NCBI GenBank assembly: GCA_951406725.2
Contig: OX597814.1
Coordinates: forward strand, 143,220,001 to 143,284,000
Length of the DNA: 64,000 bases
Direction of reading: 5' to 3'
Origin: Octopus vulgaris
Taxonomy: Eukaryota
Shown here piece by piece: positions 41,168-54,247 of the stretch (its first letter is position 1; each line of letters starts with the position of its first letter). Position numbers and translations under genes: made by a program. A model generated the notes under the pieces. That model worked only from the letters and a program-made list of their open reading frames with translations, had not been told where the DNA came from and searched no databases.

Positions 41168-42080
41168 TATGATCCGGTTCTTGATTGTGTCGTCTTCCAA
41201 ATGTTTCACGTTCTTGTCCCGTTTGTATATTTTTTTACTTTTACATATATACATGGCGGCTACGTACCCCTTTTTGACCCTATACGTAAGTATATACTCT
41301 TTAACATTGGTACGACTCTACTACACTGTCTCTTCTCCCCCCTCTCCTACATTTCTCTGCCTTCACCCTTTGCACTCCCCTTGATCTGTCTCTTTCTCTC
41401 TCTTTCTTCTCCTCCCTTGTTCCCCTTCTTTCTTTCTCTCTTCATCTGTCCCCCCTCTCCTACATTTCTCTGCCTCTCACACCTTACACTCCACTTGATC
41501 TGTCTCTTTCCCTCTCTTTCTTCTCCTCCCTTGTTCCCCTTCTTTCTCTCTTCATCTGTCCCTTTCTCCTCTCTTTTGTCCTCACCTCACGTGACTGCCT
41601 TTTCGCATCCAGCAGTCCTTGTGGCAAGACATATTTGTTTGTTCTCTGTGGCCTTAAGGCACTCTTCTATAGCCAGCTCAAAACTTAACTCGTCCTGTCG
41701 AAAAGACGCTTGTCCTGACGTCCTGGTTTTGTTGTTATCCTTACCATTATTGTTTTTACGTATTTTGTATTCTTATTCGTGCTATCATTATTGTTTTTAC
41801 GAATTTTTGTATTTTTATTCGTGTAACATCGTCCGTTTTCCGTCCTTGTGTTGTATACATTCGAGGCTTTCTTCCAAGGAATCTAATGCGCTTGGCTTAG
41901 ATTTCCCTCGGGGGCTGCCTAGATCGGAGCAATCTCAAGATTAATCAGCCGAAATTGCGAAGATGATCCGGTTCTTGACTGATGATTGAGGGCTTCGAAT
42001 GTCCCGTCCGTGTTTTTTGTGTCGTCTTCTAAATGTTTCACGTTCTTGTCCCGTTTGTATATTTTTTTACTTTTACATAC
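41168..42080 (+). repeat. Element with terminal direct repeats of ~85 bp
   Basis: ATGATCCGGTTCTTGA...TTGTGTCGTCTTC(C/T)AAATGTTTCACGTTCTTGTCCCGTTTG at both ends; internal CT-rich tandem duplication. Confidence 0.6.
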
Positions 42081-42206
42081 ATATATATATGATTGATTGA
42101 TTGATTGGTTCTAGTTTCAGCTCACGAGCTGTGGCCATGCTGGGGCACCGCCATTATATATATATATATACACACACACATATATATACAGAGACAGAGA
42201 CAGAGG

Positions 42207-42274
<68 letters not shown>

Positions 42275-43363
42275 TAGGCAGACTGACAGATAGGCAGGCA
42301 GACAGTTAGATAGACTTAACGGTTCGGCAAATGAGAAAATATTACCAGATTTCGAAAATAAAATAAAAAGTGCCTTAGGGGCGATTTGGTTGACTAAATA
42401 TTGTAAGGCGGTGCTCCAGCGTTGCCGCAGTCTAATGACTGAAACAAAAAAGATTTTAAAAAGTAGAAAGAGTCCTAACTGTGTGGCGACTTAACAGTTT
42501 TTATGAGTTTGTCTGAGAACGAATAGCAGTTCAGACATTTTTCATTCTTTGATTTTTATATGGCCTCCGAAAGTGGTGACTGATATGGCGAGAAATAGAA
42601 GTTATCTTCAAACTTGACACCTAGCTCTGAATGATTGCAAGAGAACTGATTCCGTATTAAAAGTACCCATGGGTGGGCAAGGTGACGGTAAATGTGGTGA
42701 TAAACCGTTAGACGAGTTAGTCAACTCTGTCAGGAGCAGTCAACTGTATGAATAACAGTAAAGAAAATATTAAAAAGAAAAAAAAAAAGCTCACCAGTGA
42801 AAAAAAAGGAGAGGAAAAGAAAAGAAAAGAATGGAAGACAATACAGAAGGAAATTGCGTAAGCAGAGTCAGAAAGAAGAAAAGAAGAAAGAAGTAAGGAG
42901 AAAGGAGAAGAAAAAAAAAAGAAATAAGAAGATATGAGTATTATGGCGTATTACGATTAAAATGAAACGAAGAAAGAAGGAAAGAATGGTTAGTGGAATA
43001 CAAGGTATTGTTGTTAACTTGTTCAGTTATGATCTGTGTCTAGACAGGATATAAGTGAACTGGTAGTAATCAGATAAGCCGGCCATTAATCGGAAGATCA
43101 TATTAGTAGAGCTAAGCTTTCTATCTTTCCGCTCAATAATTGGCGTCCTATTTTGGTGACTACTTTAAGGTAAAGGTCAAACAGATTGTTGCCATTGTTG
43201 TTGTGAAGTGGTTGTTGTTTACTTTGACATGTCTCGAGTTTCATATACTTTGTTTTGTCTTTACTAAAACAAAGTGATAAAACAACAACAACAACGACAA
43301 AAAAATGACAGTAAAAATGAATACACAAACGCATACATACATACATATATATATATGTTTGTG

Positions 43364-43409
<46 letters not shown>

Positions 43410-43614
43410 AACATATATATATACACAAACATATATATATACACAAACATAGCCAGTGATACTTAAAAAAAACTGAGATGTAACAGAGAGTAGTAATCTT
43501 TTCACTACGATGGATGATTAAACTGTACTTCCGTATTGAATACTTTCCCTCTTGTTTGTAAATTCAAACACACACACAAACACACACACACATTTTTGTA
43601 TGTACGCGTCTGTG

Positions 43615-43945
43615 AAGGCGCATGGTTCAATGGTTAGAGCGTCGGACACACAATCATGAGGTAGTGAGTTCGATTCCCGAACAGGGATGTGAGTTGTTTT
43701 CTTGAGTAAGAGACTCTATTTCACGGTGCTCCAGTTCACTCAGCTGTAGAAATGAGTTGCGACGTCACTGGTGCGAAGCTGTATCGGCTTTTGTCTTTCC
43801 CTTAAATAACATCGATGGTGTGGAGAAGTGAGACAAGTATGCATGGGTGGGCGAATGCTGGTCTTCCATAAACAATCATGTCTGGATTTGTGCCTCGGAG
43901 GGTAACATTCTAGGCGCAATTCCATTGTCATTCATGACCAAAGGA
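43615..43945 (+). mobile_element. tRNA-derived SINE family 3
   Basis: TGGTTCAATGG A-box, GAGTTCGATTCC B-box, and conserved core. Confidence 0.85.
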
Positions 43946-44279
43946 GGTCTGTACTATTTCCTTCCATGCGTCTGTAATTATGTAGGTACGTCCATACATA
44001 CATACGAGTATTAGTTCTATTGTATTGTTTATTAGTAGTAGTACCAGTAGCATTGTTATTAAGACAGTGAGTTGGCAGAATCCTTAGCACTCGGCACAAA
44101 AGTGTTTACTGGCATTTCGTTCGTCTTTACGTCCTGTGATCAAATTCTACCGAGTACTACGTACCAGTTAAGCACTGCGGTCGATGTAATCGACTAGTCT
44201 CTTCCCTTCCACCATCGCAGTAAGGAATATTTTCTCTTTATTACAGGATTTGTTGGAACCCCAGGAGTCTTACATGCGT

Positions 44280-45020
44280 AGCGGGCTTACTACCTGCAGC
44301 CTATGGAACCATGCTATTCGTCCTTTTCAGCTGTCTAACTTTCCTGATTATTCTGGTCGTGCCAAGGAGGCAAACCTTTTGTAATAGTTCTACTGGGAAT
44401 TCTATTCCAATTTCCTTTATATTCATCTTGATGCCTTCTGATACACTTCCCAAGGACCTAACAATAATTGGCATTATCTTCACCTTCTTTATTTTTCAAT
44501 AGTCGGGCTATTTCATACTTAAGGGAGTTGTATCTATCTTTCTTTTCGTCTCCCTTCTTGACTATTCGTAGGTGAAAGAAAGAGGCATGCAACATCGACT
44601 AGGTTCGGTCTGCTATGCTCTAGCACCTGATCTGTTTGGATTGGGAAAGCCCAATGGATTTTGCTAAAGCCCGATCCGCCACTCTCTTCAGTTTCTGCTT
44701 ATACCACGTCTTGCCTATCTCTAGCCCCCAAGTTTCGCACTGTTTCCACTATAGCACTTTCACTAACTAGTCGTGTCGCCACTTGTAGTGGTTTTGGGCA
44801 GTCTAGGGCATTCGTTCGTGATATGGGAAATGGTTTCAACTACTTTATTGATGATGCGGTACAACAGAGACACTTGTCCATTCCTCAAGTTAGCCCTCCA
44901 GCTTGATCTTGCGCGGCCAGTATAGTGCTCTCGATCTCTTTTTCTAGGGTTCCTTTCCTCAGCCAATCGCACCTATTTTTTCCATCAACTTCTGTTATGG
45001 CTACATGCAATTGATTGTGT
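44280..45020 (-). mobile_element. Decayed R4/Dong-like LINE 3' part (restriction-like endonuclease)
   Basis: VKIMPIIVRSLGSV...LLQKVCLLGTTRIIRKV C-terminal motif; ETISHITNECP zinc-finger remnant. Confidence 0.7.
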
Positions 45021-45876
45021 AGTTCCTTGTTGCACGATTCTTCTTCTTCTTCTTCTTCTTCTTCTTCTTCGTCGTCGTCGTCATAGTTATTGATGTTGTT
45101 TATGTTGTTGTCTTTGCACAGCTTCTAACGCAGACGATGTGCTACGGTGTCAGCTGTTCACTACCAGTGAACTAATGTAACAAACATGCATGGTCGTTAG
45201 ACCGGAACGAGGGTAAAATAGCGAACGCTGGAGAAAGATTTTCTTTGCAAAGAGAAAAGATAGAAGGGAAATACTAATGTTCGCATCGTTGAATTTTTGA
45301 ATTTCTGAATTTTTTTAAAAGGTTTTCTTTTCTTTTTATTAGTTTTGTTGTGATTTACAGTTTTTGTAATTGTGCCGTATATATATATATTGGTACGTGC
45401 TTATCTTCATAATTTTTCTTATCGTGCATTTAATTGTGTTGTTGCAATAAAAGGTATGTTCACATATTAAGGTAGTTAGGGAGAAAAAAAGAAAATTTTC
45501 ACACAAAGTTGTAGATATAAAAGTCTTAAAATTTTCTAGAGATGTTCCTTTGTCTGTCCGATCAGAGAAGACAGTTTTTGCAATAAAAATGATGTTTACA
45601 TTTTCGAATACTTAGGAAAAAAGGATAGGTATTCACAGAAGTTGTATATTTTGAAGTTTTTAAAGCTGATCATTTGTGTGTTCGAAAACTGTAGATATGT
45701 AAGTTTCTTAACTTATTTTGAAGGAAATTTAAAGTACTCACAGGAAATTGTAGATATTGCAGACTTTGAAAGTTATTTTCCCGTTGTAATGTTGGGTTGT
45801 ATTAGTATTGTTGTGTCTTAAACTGCTGACTAGTCAGAACAGTGAAGATCACGTCCAACCGCTGTCAAAGCTAGCG

Positions 45877-45878
<2 letters not shown>

Positions 45879-45962
<84 letters not shown>

Positions 45963-45975
45963 CAGCAGCAGTAAT
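45879..45975. repeat. (TTA)n(GTA)n(GCA)n microsatellite
   Basis: Visible directly. Confidence 0.95.
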
Positions 45976-46049
45976 AGTATTCTGCAAGAATACCAAGAAA
46001 GATTTTTGCGATTTGAGTAATAGCTTTTGAATGAATATCATGTCTTCTG

Positions 46050-46825
46050 ATATAGCTCCACATTTAGCAACTTAGTGGGGAAAGGGTTAGTCGATAATAT
46101 CGACCTCGGTTCTTGACTGGTACTTCTAATATCGACTCCAATAAGACGGTGAGCTGGCAGAATCGTGAGCATGACGAGCTAAATGCTTAGCGGCATTTCG
46201 TTCGCCTTTACGTTCTGAGTTCAAATTCTGCCGAGGTCTGCTTTGCTTTTCAACTTTTCAGGGTCGAACGCTGGGGTCGATGTCATCGGCTTATCTCCTT
46301 CCGCGAACATGCTGGCTTTGACCAAAATTAGAAACCAATATCATCGGCCCCTGAAGGATATATAGAAGAAGTTGAGCTCAGCAGGATTTGAACTCTAAAC
46401 GTACAGAGTCGGAAGAAATACCGCAAGACAGTTTGTCCGATGCTTTTATGATTCTGCTAGCATGTCATCTTAAGTAACCCTTTCTATAATACGCGCAAGG
46501 TCTGAAATTTTGAGTGACGGAAAAAGCCAGTCGGTTTTATTCATCTCGGGGCTCGAAACGATGAAAAGCAAAGTCGACCTCGGTCGTAAAAATATTTCCA
46601 AATTTTAGCACAAGTTTAGCGAATTCAGGAGTGTGTATGTGTGTGTGTTGGGGGGTGGGGACTAGTCAACTACCTCGATCCCAGCACTCAACGGGCAATT
46701 ATTTTATCGACCCCGAAAGAATGAAAGTTAAAGTCGTCCATGAGGAAATTAGAATTCAGAATGTAGAGACGGATGAAATGCCACTAAGCATTTTGCTCGG
46801 AGTGCTAAAGATTCTCCCAGCTTCC
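46050..46825. mobile_element. Nested decayed family-2-related SINE fragments on both strands
   Basis: GGTGAGCTGGCAGAATCG head at ~46147 and AAAGTCGACCTCGG motifs. Confidence 0.7.
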
Positions 46826-47047
46826 CAGGGTAGTAGTAGTAGTAGTAGTAGTAGTGATGGTGGTGGTGGTGGTGGTGGTGATGATGATGTTGATGATGTT
46901 GATGATGACAGTGTCTTCATCTTTCAGACATAGTGTATCTAGGAGTTCATTTTTCAATATCTTATTTTGTATATCTTCTTTGGGACTGTAATATCCGAAA
47001 ACAATATCACATTTTAAACATGAGAACAATCTTTATTGGGTTTTATA

Positions 47048-47097
<50 letters not shown>

Positions 47098-47222
47098 CAC
47101 ATTTTAAAGATAAGAAAAGTCTGGCATAGTTTTGCTGTTCCGCTTACAGATTTTATATTTGTAATGTTCTAATGTGTGGGTCGGTTGATTTCGTTTTCTA
47201 AAATCCAAGCTTATCCATATTG

Positions 47223-47260
<38 letters not shown>

Positions 47261-47494
47261 TGCGTGTATGTGTGTGTGTATGTGTGTGTGTGTGTGTGTA
47301 TGTGTGTGTGTATATGAGTGTTTGTGAGTGAGTAAAAGAGAGGGAGAGAGAGAAAGAGTGTGTGTGTGTGTGTGTGTGTATATGAGTGTGTGTGTTTGTA
47401 CGTATGTATGTCATTATTCAGTTTTATTTCAAGATTTCTTGCCGATAAAGAACCAGTTTCTAACTTCATTGGAATTTCAAAATCAATGTCTGTA

Positions 47495-47580
<86 letters not shown>

Positions 47581-48346
47581 TGTATGTATGTATGTATGTA
47601 TGTATGTATGTATGTATGTATGTATGTATGTATCTATGTATCTATGTATGTGTATGTATATATGTGTGTGTGCGCTTGAGTGTGTGTGCATATATATGTT
47701 TGTGCGCATGTATGTGTGTGTCTATATATATATATATCCCTTTTTCTCTCCCTTTCTCTTACTCCTCCTCCCCCCTCCCGTCACTGACACGTGACCAGAG
47801 GTCTACTGCCTTTCTGACTACTACTTCCAACAAGTGAAGTCGGCTTTCTCTGTCCCTCTCAAGCCGTTTTCAAAGCGTTCAAAATAAGTTTTCTTTCGTT
47901 CAGGCTTAACAGTCCTTAATGTTTGTGTTACTGTTATTCTCTTTGTCCAGTCTTTTTCTGTTTTTATTTGTATTGTCTTTACTGTCCTGTTTTTGTTACC
48001 ACTTTTACCCCTCTGCAAAAAAATCTCAAATTTTTATTTAATTTGCTTTGTGGGAAGGATTGTTTCCACGAAGTCATGTCTCGCCTTTACCTTCGAAACA
48101 CGGAGTAGACGAAATAGAGGCGGCTGAAGAAGGGGAATTTCCCTTGTGTTGTATGTCTTTTACTGTTTTTTCGTTGTTTAAAAAATGCCCGTTTCCCTGG
48201 TTTTGTTTTTATGTTTTCGTTTCTCATCGTGTTCGACGTTTTTTTTTTTGGTGTCCTGTACCCATATATGCATGTATCTATACATATAGATGTAGGTACG
48301 AACATGTATGTATGTATATATGCATATCTTTTATTTATTATTTTGC

Positions 48347-48438
<92 letters not shown>

Positions 48439-48991
48439 GAATATAGATATACATTATACATATATAAAACCCAACAAAGAACAAATAATGTGAAGTAATC
48501 ACACCAGCAATGGCAAATTGAATATATGATTCTGCCTTAGCTGGAGCGTCTGCCGCTACCTTTAAAAAGAACATATTGAAAGAAACTATTGCAAGGAAAA
48601 ATTAAGACCGACATGACTTGAATGTATTTTATCATACGTCAGCTTGATTTTGGCCGATTTGGATTGAAATGAAAAAGACATATGTTAAATGATTCATAGT
48701 TGACCTTAATGTAGCAAATCGATTATTGTAAACTAAGCAGAGAATTGTTTCATGAAGACGGCATTAACGTGGTGGCTCCATCTTTGACGTCAGTGTTGGA
48801 ATTAAGGCCATTTGATCTGAAGGGTCAGAAGCTTCAAAGACGGAGCTACTTATGGAGAGGAGAAACAGAGAAAAGCAAAAACATCTTGATACACATACAT
48901 ATCGGAACACACATATTTATACGTACGTACGTACATTCAAACATACATACATAAATACGTACATAAATACATACACACGCGCGAACAGACA

Positions 48992-49027
<36 letters not shown>

Positions 49028-49094
49028 ATGAGTGTGTGTGTATTTATATATATGTATGTGTCTCTCACTCACTGAATGTATATATACCTATTTT

Positions 49095-49462
49095 TAACTT
49101 GTTTCAGTATTCTGACTGCGGCCCTTCTGGGGCAGCTCGTTGAAAAGATTTAGTCGAACAAATCGACTGCAGCACTAATTTCTCAAAGCCCGGTACCTAT
49201 TATGTTGGCTTCCTTTGCCAATTTATGGGGACATAAACAAACCAACATCGCTTGTTAAGCAGTGGTGGGAGAAAACACAAACACACAGACACCCATATAT
49301 TTATATACGATAGGCTTCTTTCAGTTTTTGTTAACCAAATCTACTCACGAGGCTTAGGTTAGCCCGAGGCTAGAAGACGCTTGCCCAAGGTGCCATACAG
49401 TGGGACTGAAACCGGAACCATGTGGTTGGGAAGCAGGCCTCTTACCACACACTCATGCCTGT
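49095..49462 (-). mobile_element. SINE family 1 copy
   Basis: Colinear with 8715-9145. Confidence 0.8.
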
Positions 49463-49495
49463 GCCACACGCATACACACGCGCACGAGAGGCAGA

Positions 49496-49540
<45 letters not shown>

Positions 49541-49833
49541 GTTACGAGTATAGAATCAATAGCACACGTGCTGTCAACACTGCTCAAGAAATTTATGTAA
49601 ATAAATAAATTTAAAAAAAATATGAATAAGACTAATAAACAATAAAATAAAATGCAGCATAAAAGTATATAACATAAAATTATAAGTTTGATGGCTGGGA
49701 AAATTTGTGCATTTTTTCTTCTCATTATTCTCTACAGGGATTTCAATATGAGCGTGCTTTTCATGGTTTCAGTGATATTAATACCGACAATTCTCCAGTT
49801 AGTACAATCAACTGCTGATTCTGTATATGAACT

Positions 49834-50575
49834 TGTAGCAGAAGCATGATTGCTCTTGAACATTAGCTACCCACATTGTGGCTTTTTACTTTTAGCTAGC
49901 CATTTTGGTTCAACACGTGTTGGTCCGGTCCATTTAGCTTTACTTGGATTGTCCACCCCTTAACGTGATGGACTAGCCTAACGACTGTACATCAGCTATA
50001 AAATGGGAGCCTTTTGATTCGTTAAACTCAGGGAGGTGTGTTTTTGCTACAAACGGTTTTGTAATTTTGATGTGAGAGCAGTTTTGATTCTCCCTGCAGT
50101 TTCAGCATTTTGAACAGAATTGTAACTGGAATCCTCGAGGGTATGCTTCGCCTCTCTCCAACATTTTGAGCATAATTGTAACCAGAATCCTTGACGATAT
50201 ATTTCTCGTCTTACCAACACTTTAAACAGAATTGTAACCAGAATCTTCGATGTTATGTTTCAGGTTTTTCTAACCTTCTATCTTCAATTTTTATGAGCAT
50301 TTGAATCTATATAATGCATTGACAATTATCAATGTCCTACCATTTTGCTGTATCTGATTTTAGCGACTGTAATAAATGTTTCAGTGCTGTCAACTGTAAC
50401 TTGCCAGTGTATTTGTTTATTGATATTCATCTTGAATTCATTTAACAGAAGACATAGCATTACCAGACCTTAAACCGCATTTCATACAACCACCACACCA
50501 TACTTATCGCTAAAATCTCATAACTGCGCTCACGTTACACATCTTCAAATTGCGCGTAAGTGGTGCTCCAACAGA
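49834..50575 (+). mobile_element. Possible LTR with PBS-like sequence
   Basis: TG start, CTATAAAA, three ~55-bp tandem units, AATAAA, ...GTTACA, then AAGTGGTGCTCC; no TSD or second LTR seen. Confidence 0.3.
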
Positions 50576-51412
50576 AATCTTACCACTAATACTCTGGTCA
50601 TTAACAAACTACTTTGTAAATGCGATCGTTTTACATTCGAGTCATATTCCCGAATCGCCGAAGTTGACGTCACGTCAGTAATGCCTGTAGACTGTTAGCT
50701 TTACAATGAATACTGCTCTCCTGCATCCGGTGTCATGTCCAGCCATTTGATCTTACACAGGTTTTTTGGGAAAGCAACAAGATAGAAACTGTCTAATTGT
50801 ATTCTCTGCCTATAGGCGCAGTTATGACTGTATGGCCAAGAAGCACATGTTGCAGCCAAGTGGTTTCGGATTTAGTCCCACTGCACTGCGCACCGAGCTA
50901 ATGTCTTGTACTGTAGACTCCCGTTGTTAAAAGATACAATGATATGAACAAAATACGAGAGCAGTCAATGGTTAAGAGTACTTAACCATTGACCCTGTCA
51001 AATGATCGTTGATAACAAGGCTCCTGTAGCAGGTATTGCACCTGCTGCTGGTATCATATACTCAAGTATTTCCTCTCTCATAGTTCACTGATCAGCGACT
51101 AAACTGGTTCCCTGACGAAACTCTGCATCATAAAAAACAACTTACCGAACGGATAAGCTTCTTCAAGTCAAAGGCCATCCACAATGCTATTGCGCACATT
51201 GATGGCGTAGTTTTAGGGAAGGGAGATTCTGTCTGTATCTGTGTGTGCCTGTGTGTCTCTCTCATTTCTCTTCCTACACACACACACACGTGCGCGCGCT
51301 ATATATGTATTGCAAATTGCCGCCATTTTATATTTTTAATTTCGCGCAGTTGGGCACCGTCCGTGAGAAAAACAGTACCATGACGCAGCTAGAAATTTGG
51401 AAACGATAAATG

Positions 51413-51657
51413 CTGTACTTTATTTACATTATTTACATTTGACGGATATTTGCCTCATCTTGTTTGTTGTTAACACAACGTTTCGGCTGATATATCCTCC
51501 AGCCTTCATCAGGAGTCTTGGGGAAATTTCGAACCTGGGTTCTCATTCCTAAGGTATTTTTCGATGTTGTTATTATTATTTAGGTCACTGCCTGAAATCG
51601 AACTCGAAATCTTGGGGTTAGTAGCCCGCACTCTTAACCACTACGCCATATACCCGT
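51413..51657 (-). mobile_element. SINE family 4 (tRNA head plus hammerhead tail)
   Basis: Minus strand TGGCGTAGTGG A-box, GAGTTCGATTTC B-box, short (AAT)n, then hammerhead core. Confidence 0.85.
51472..51517 (-). ncRNA. Minimal type I hammerhead ribozyme motif (one stem I mismatch)
   Basis: Minus strand GACTC-CTGATGA-A-GGCTG..CAGCC-GAAA-CG-TT-GTGTT. Confidence 0.65.
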
Positions 51658-51752
51658 GGGGATATGGCGTAGTGGGTAAGAGCGCGGGCTACTAACCCCA
51701 AGATTCCGAGTTCGATTCCAGGCATTGTCATGAATAATAATAATAATAATAA

Positions 51753-51882
51753 TAGAGTTAAATTAAAATACATGAGCAGCAACAGTTCTCACATCGACAA
51801 TGCTCTTGGTACAACACACGTATTGAGAAGAGCATTGTCGATGTGAGAACTGTTGCTGCTCATGTATTTTAATTTAACTCTA
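51753..51882. repeat. Perfect 55-bp inverted repeat with 20-nt spacer
   Basis: 51753-51807 is the exact reverse complement of 51828-51882. Confidence 0.95.
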
Positions 51883-52028
51883 AAAAAAAAATTAAAAAAA
51901 AAAATAAATGAACGAACTACTGAATTTGGTTTAATGGCCTACCAATGTATGCTATGAGTTTCTTTGCCCTAGGAGTCGGGAAGACACTCGGCAAGAAATG
52001 GAAGCAAATTTGAAAGAAGAAAAAAAAA

Positions 52029-52062
<34 letters not shown>

Positions 52063-52120
52063 TAATAATAATAATAATAATAACAACATCGAAAAATACC
52101 CAGGTTCGAAATTTCGCCAG

Positions 52121-52166
52121 AACACCTGATGAAGGCTAGAGGGTATATCAGCCGAAACGTTGTGTT
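52121..52166 (+). ncRNA. Minimal type I hammerhead ribozyme motif
   Basis: AACAC-CTGATGA-A-GGCT(loop)AGCC-GAAA-CG-TT-GTGTT: stem I AACAC/GTGTT, stem II GGCT/AGCC, palindromic AACGTT in place of stem III. Confidence 0.75.
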
Positions 52167-53008
52167 AACAAGAAACAAGATGAGGACAAACATTTGTCAA
52201 TTGCAAATAATGTAAATAAAGTACGTAATTCCTCATCTCTTAAATATAGAACTGTGATATGCTGTACTTCTTGGCATTCGCGCCGGAAGCTCCAAAATGA
52301 GTATTTCACAGTGTTTAGGTGTCAAAATGAGGTCAGTACAATCTGAGGACATGTACCGAGAGTGTTAAAAATCAAACAACCAATCAACATCACGGTGTTT
52401 GGAGTGATCACTAGTGATAGCAACGTTATTCCTCTATTCATCTTCCCACAAGGCCTCAAACTCAACACGGAGACTTACATGAAGTGTCTGGAGGAGGTAG
52501 TACTGCCCTGGGTCAAGAAGGTGGCTGCTGGAAGACCCTGTGTCTAGCAACAGGAGTCTACGCCATGCCGCACAAGCAGGAAAACCCATTCATGGATGTC
52601 AGTCAATTTTTGCAACTACATCACCTCTAACATCTGACCACCTAACTCCCTAGATTTTAACCCCTTTGGTTATTATGTTTGGGGCACAGATGAGCGAGAG
52701 ATCATCAAAACTCCTTGTAACACCAAAGATGAACAAAAAGCAAGGATTATGGCAGCATTCACCAACTTAAGCAAGGAGACCGTCCAGTAGAGTTACAGGA
52801 GATTCCGAAGTCGTCTGGAGGCCGTGGTTAAAGCCAATCGCGATTCTATTGAATAACTTTACTCTTTGGTATTACAAGATTTTTTTAATGTATTTTTGTT
52901 ATGTATATCCGTTAAAATGAGATGTCAGTGTTATTTTCATTTTTACCTAATTTAGACGACAGTTTATTCATCGCCCCCTGTGTGTATGTATAGATTTGTG
53001 TGTGTGTT

Positions 53009-53039
<31 letters not shown>

Positions 53040-53050
53040 GCATGTGTTCC

Positions 53051-53103
<53 letters not shown>

Positions 53104-54247
53104 ATGCATATATGTGTTCGTGTGTGTATGTGTGGGTGGATAAGTACACATATACGCACACCTTCTTTATCTGTTTTAGACATTGGTACATCTGTCCAAA
53201 TAAATTGATTTCAAATAAGATATTTTAATACAGCTGTCGGCAAGTAAGCGTTTTTTTTATTGTTTTAAGTCACACCAGAGCATTCATTTTACATTCAGAA
53301 AAAAAAAAACTCAGTTATCGAATGTGTGAATGATAGAGAAAGAGAGGGAATGATAGAGAAAGAGAGGGTGAGAGAGAGAGAGAATGACAGAGAGACAGAT
53401 AAACAGACAAAGTAAAGTTAGAGATGGACAAAGAGAAAGTGCAAGAGCAATCGCATTTGTACTCTATCACATTGATCTTTTCATAAAAAAGTTGTTGAAA
53501 TTCGATGTCAATTTACGTATATGGCTCGTGATATAAAACACACATGAACATCAAAGCATAAACACACACTCACACACACACACACACTCACACACACCCA
53601 CATACACACACACACACACACACACGCTCTCACACACGCACACGCAGGCAAACATATAAGTGCCTTTTCGCTATTTGCTCTTAGCTGTTTACTGTTTTGT
53701 GGTGGTTGTTGGTGTGAATATGTGTTTGTGTCTCAGCTCTTAGTTAAATAGCAAATGGTGACGTGATAAACATGATTATCAGATCCGGTTTGTAATTATT
53801 GTATGTGTGACAGGATTAGACATACATAACTGAGCTTGACAAATCGACTTTACGCTTAATTTGCGTGATCACTGATAATCTGATTAATCTTACAATATAA
53901 CATTTTTTTTTCTCTTTTATTTCAGGCTATCGAAAAGCGTGCGAGTTCTTCCTAATTTTTTTTTCCCATTTTTTTAGCTGTAATATATTACTTTTAAATT
54001 GACAGAATCGTTAGAACGACAGCGTCGAACAAAATGCTTTGAGATATTTGCTTAGCGTTACTTCATATTTTTTTTTTAGTTTTTCTTTTTTAGTTTAAAA
54101 TTTTTCTGGGGGCCAGCTTTACATTTTGAACATTCCGTTGTGTCGTGAGTGGGGGGGTCAATAAAATAAGCAGCAACAGTCAAATACTGGGGACGATTCA
54201 TTATGCGTGTGGCCTTGGGTCAAGGTCAGAAATATATATTTTGTATA

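Larger units (their letters stand above)
51658..52255 (+). mobile_element. SINE family 4 copy with a ~280-bp insert in its (TAA)n tract
   Basis: TGGCGTAGTGG A-box, GAGTTCGATTCC B-box; tail colinear with the inverted neighbouring copy. Confidence 0.85.
51310..52980 (+). mobile_element. Internally deleted maT/DD37D-like Tc1-mariner element interrupted by a SINE pair
   Basis: ITVFGVITSD...FIFPQGLKLNTETYMKCLEEVVLPWV...*QQESTP...PPNSLDFNPFGYYVWG; ATGCTGTACTT duplicated at 51410 and 52259. Confidence 0.75.

Noticed and set aside
41150-41944. 264-aa ORF
   Set aside because: Low-complexity F/L/S/P translation of CT-rich repeat DNA
51660-51725. tRNA gene
   Set aside because: A/B boxes present but it continues into a multi-copy tail with no Pol III terminator; it is a SINE head
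53900-53950. Strong splice acceptor TTTTTCTCTTTTATTTCAG
   Set aside because: No clear donor or recognisable coding frame follows; cannot support an exon
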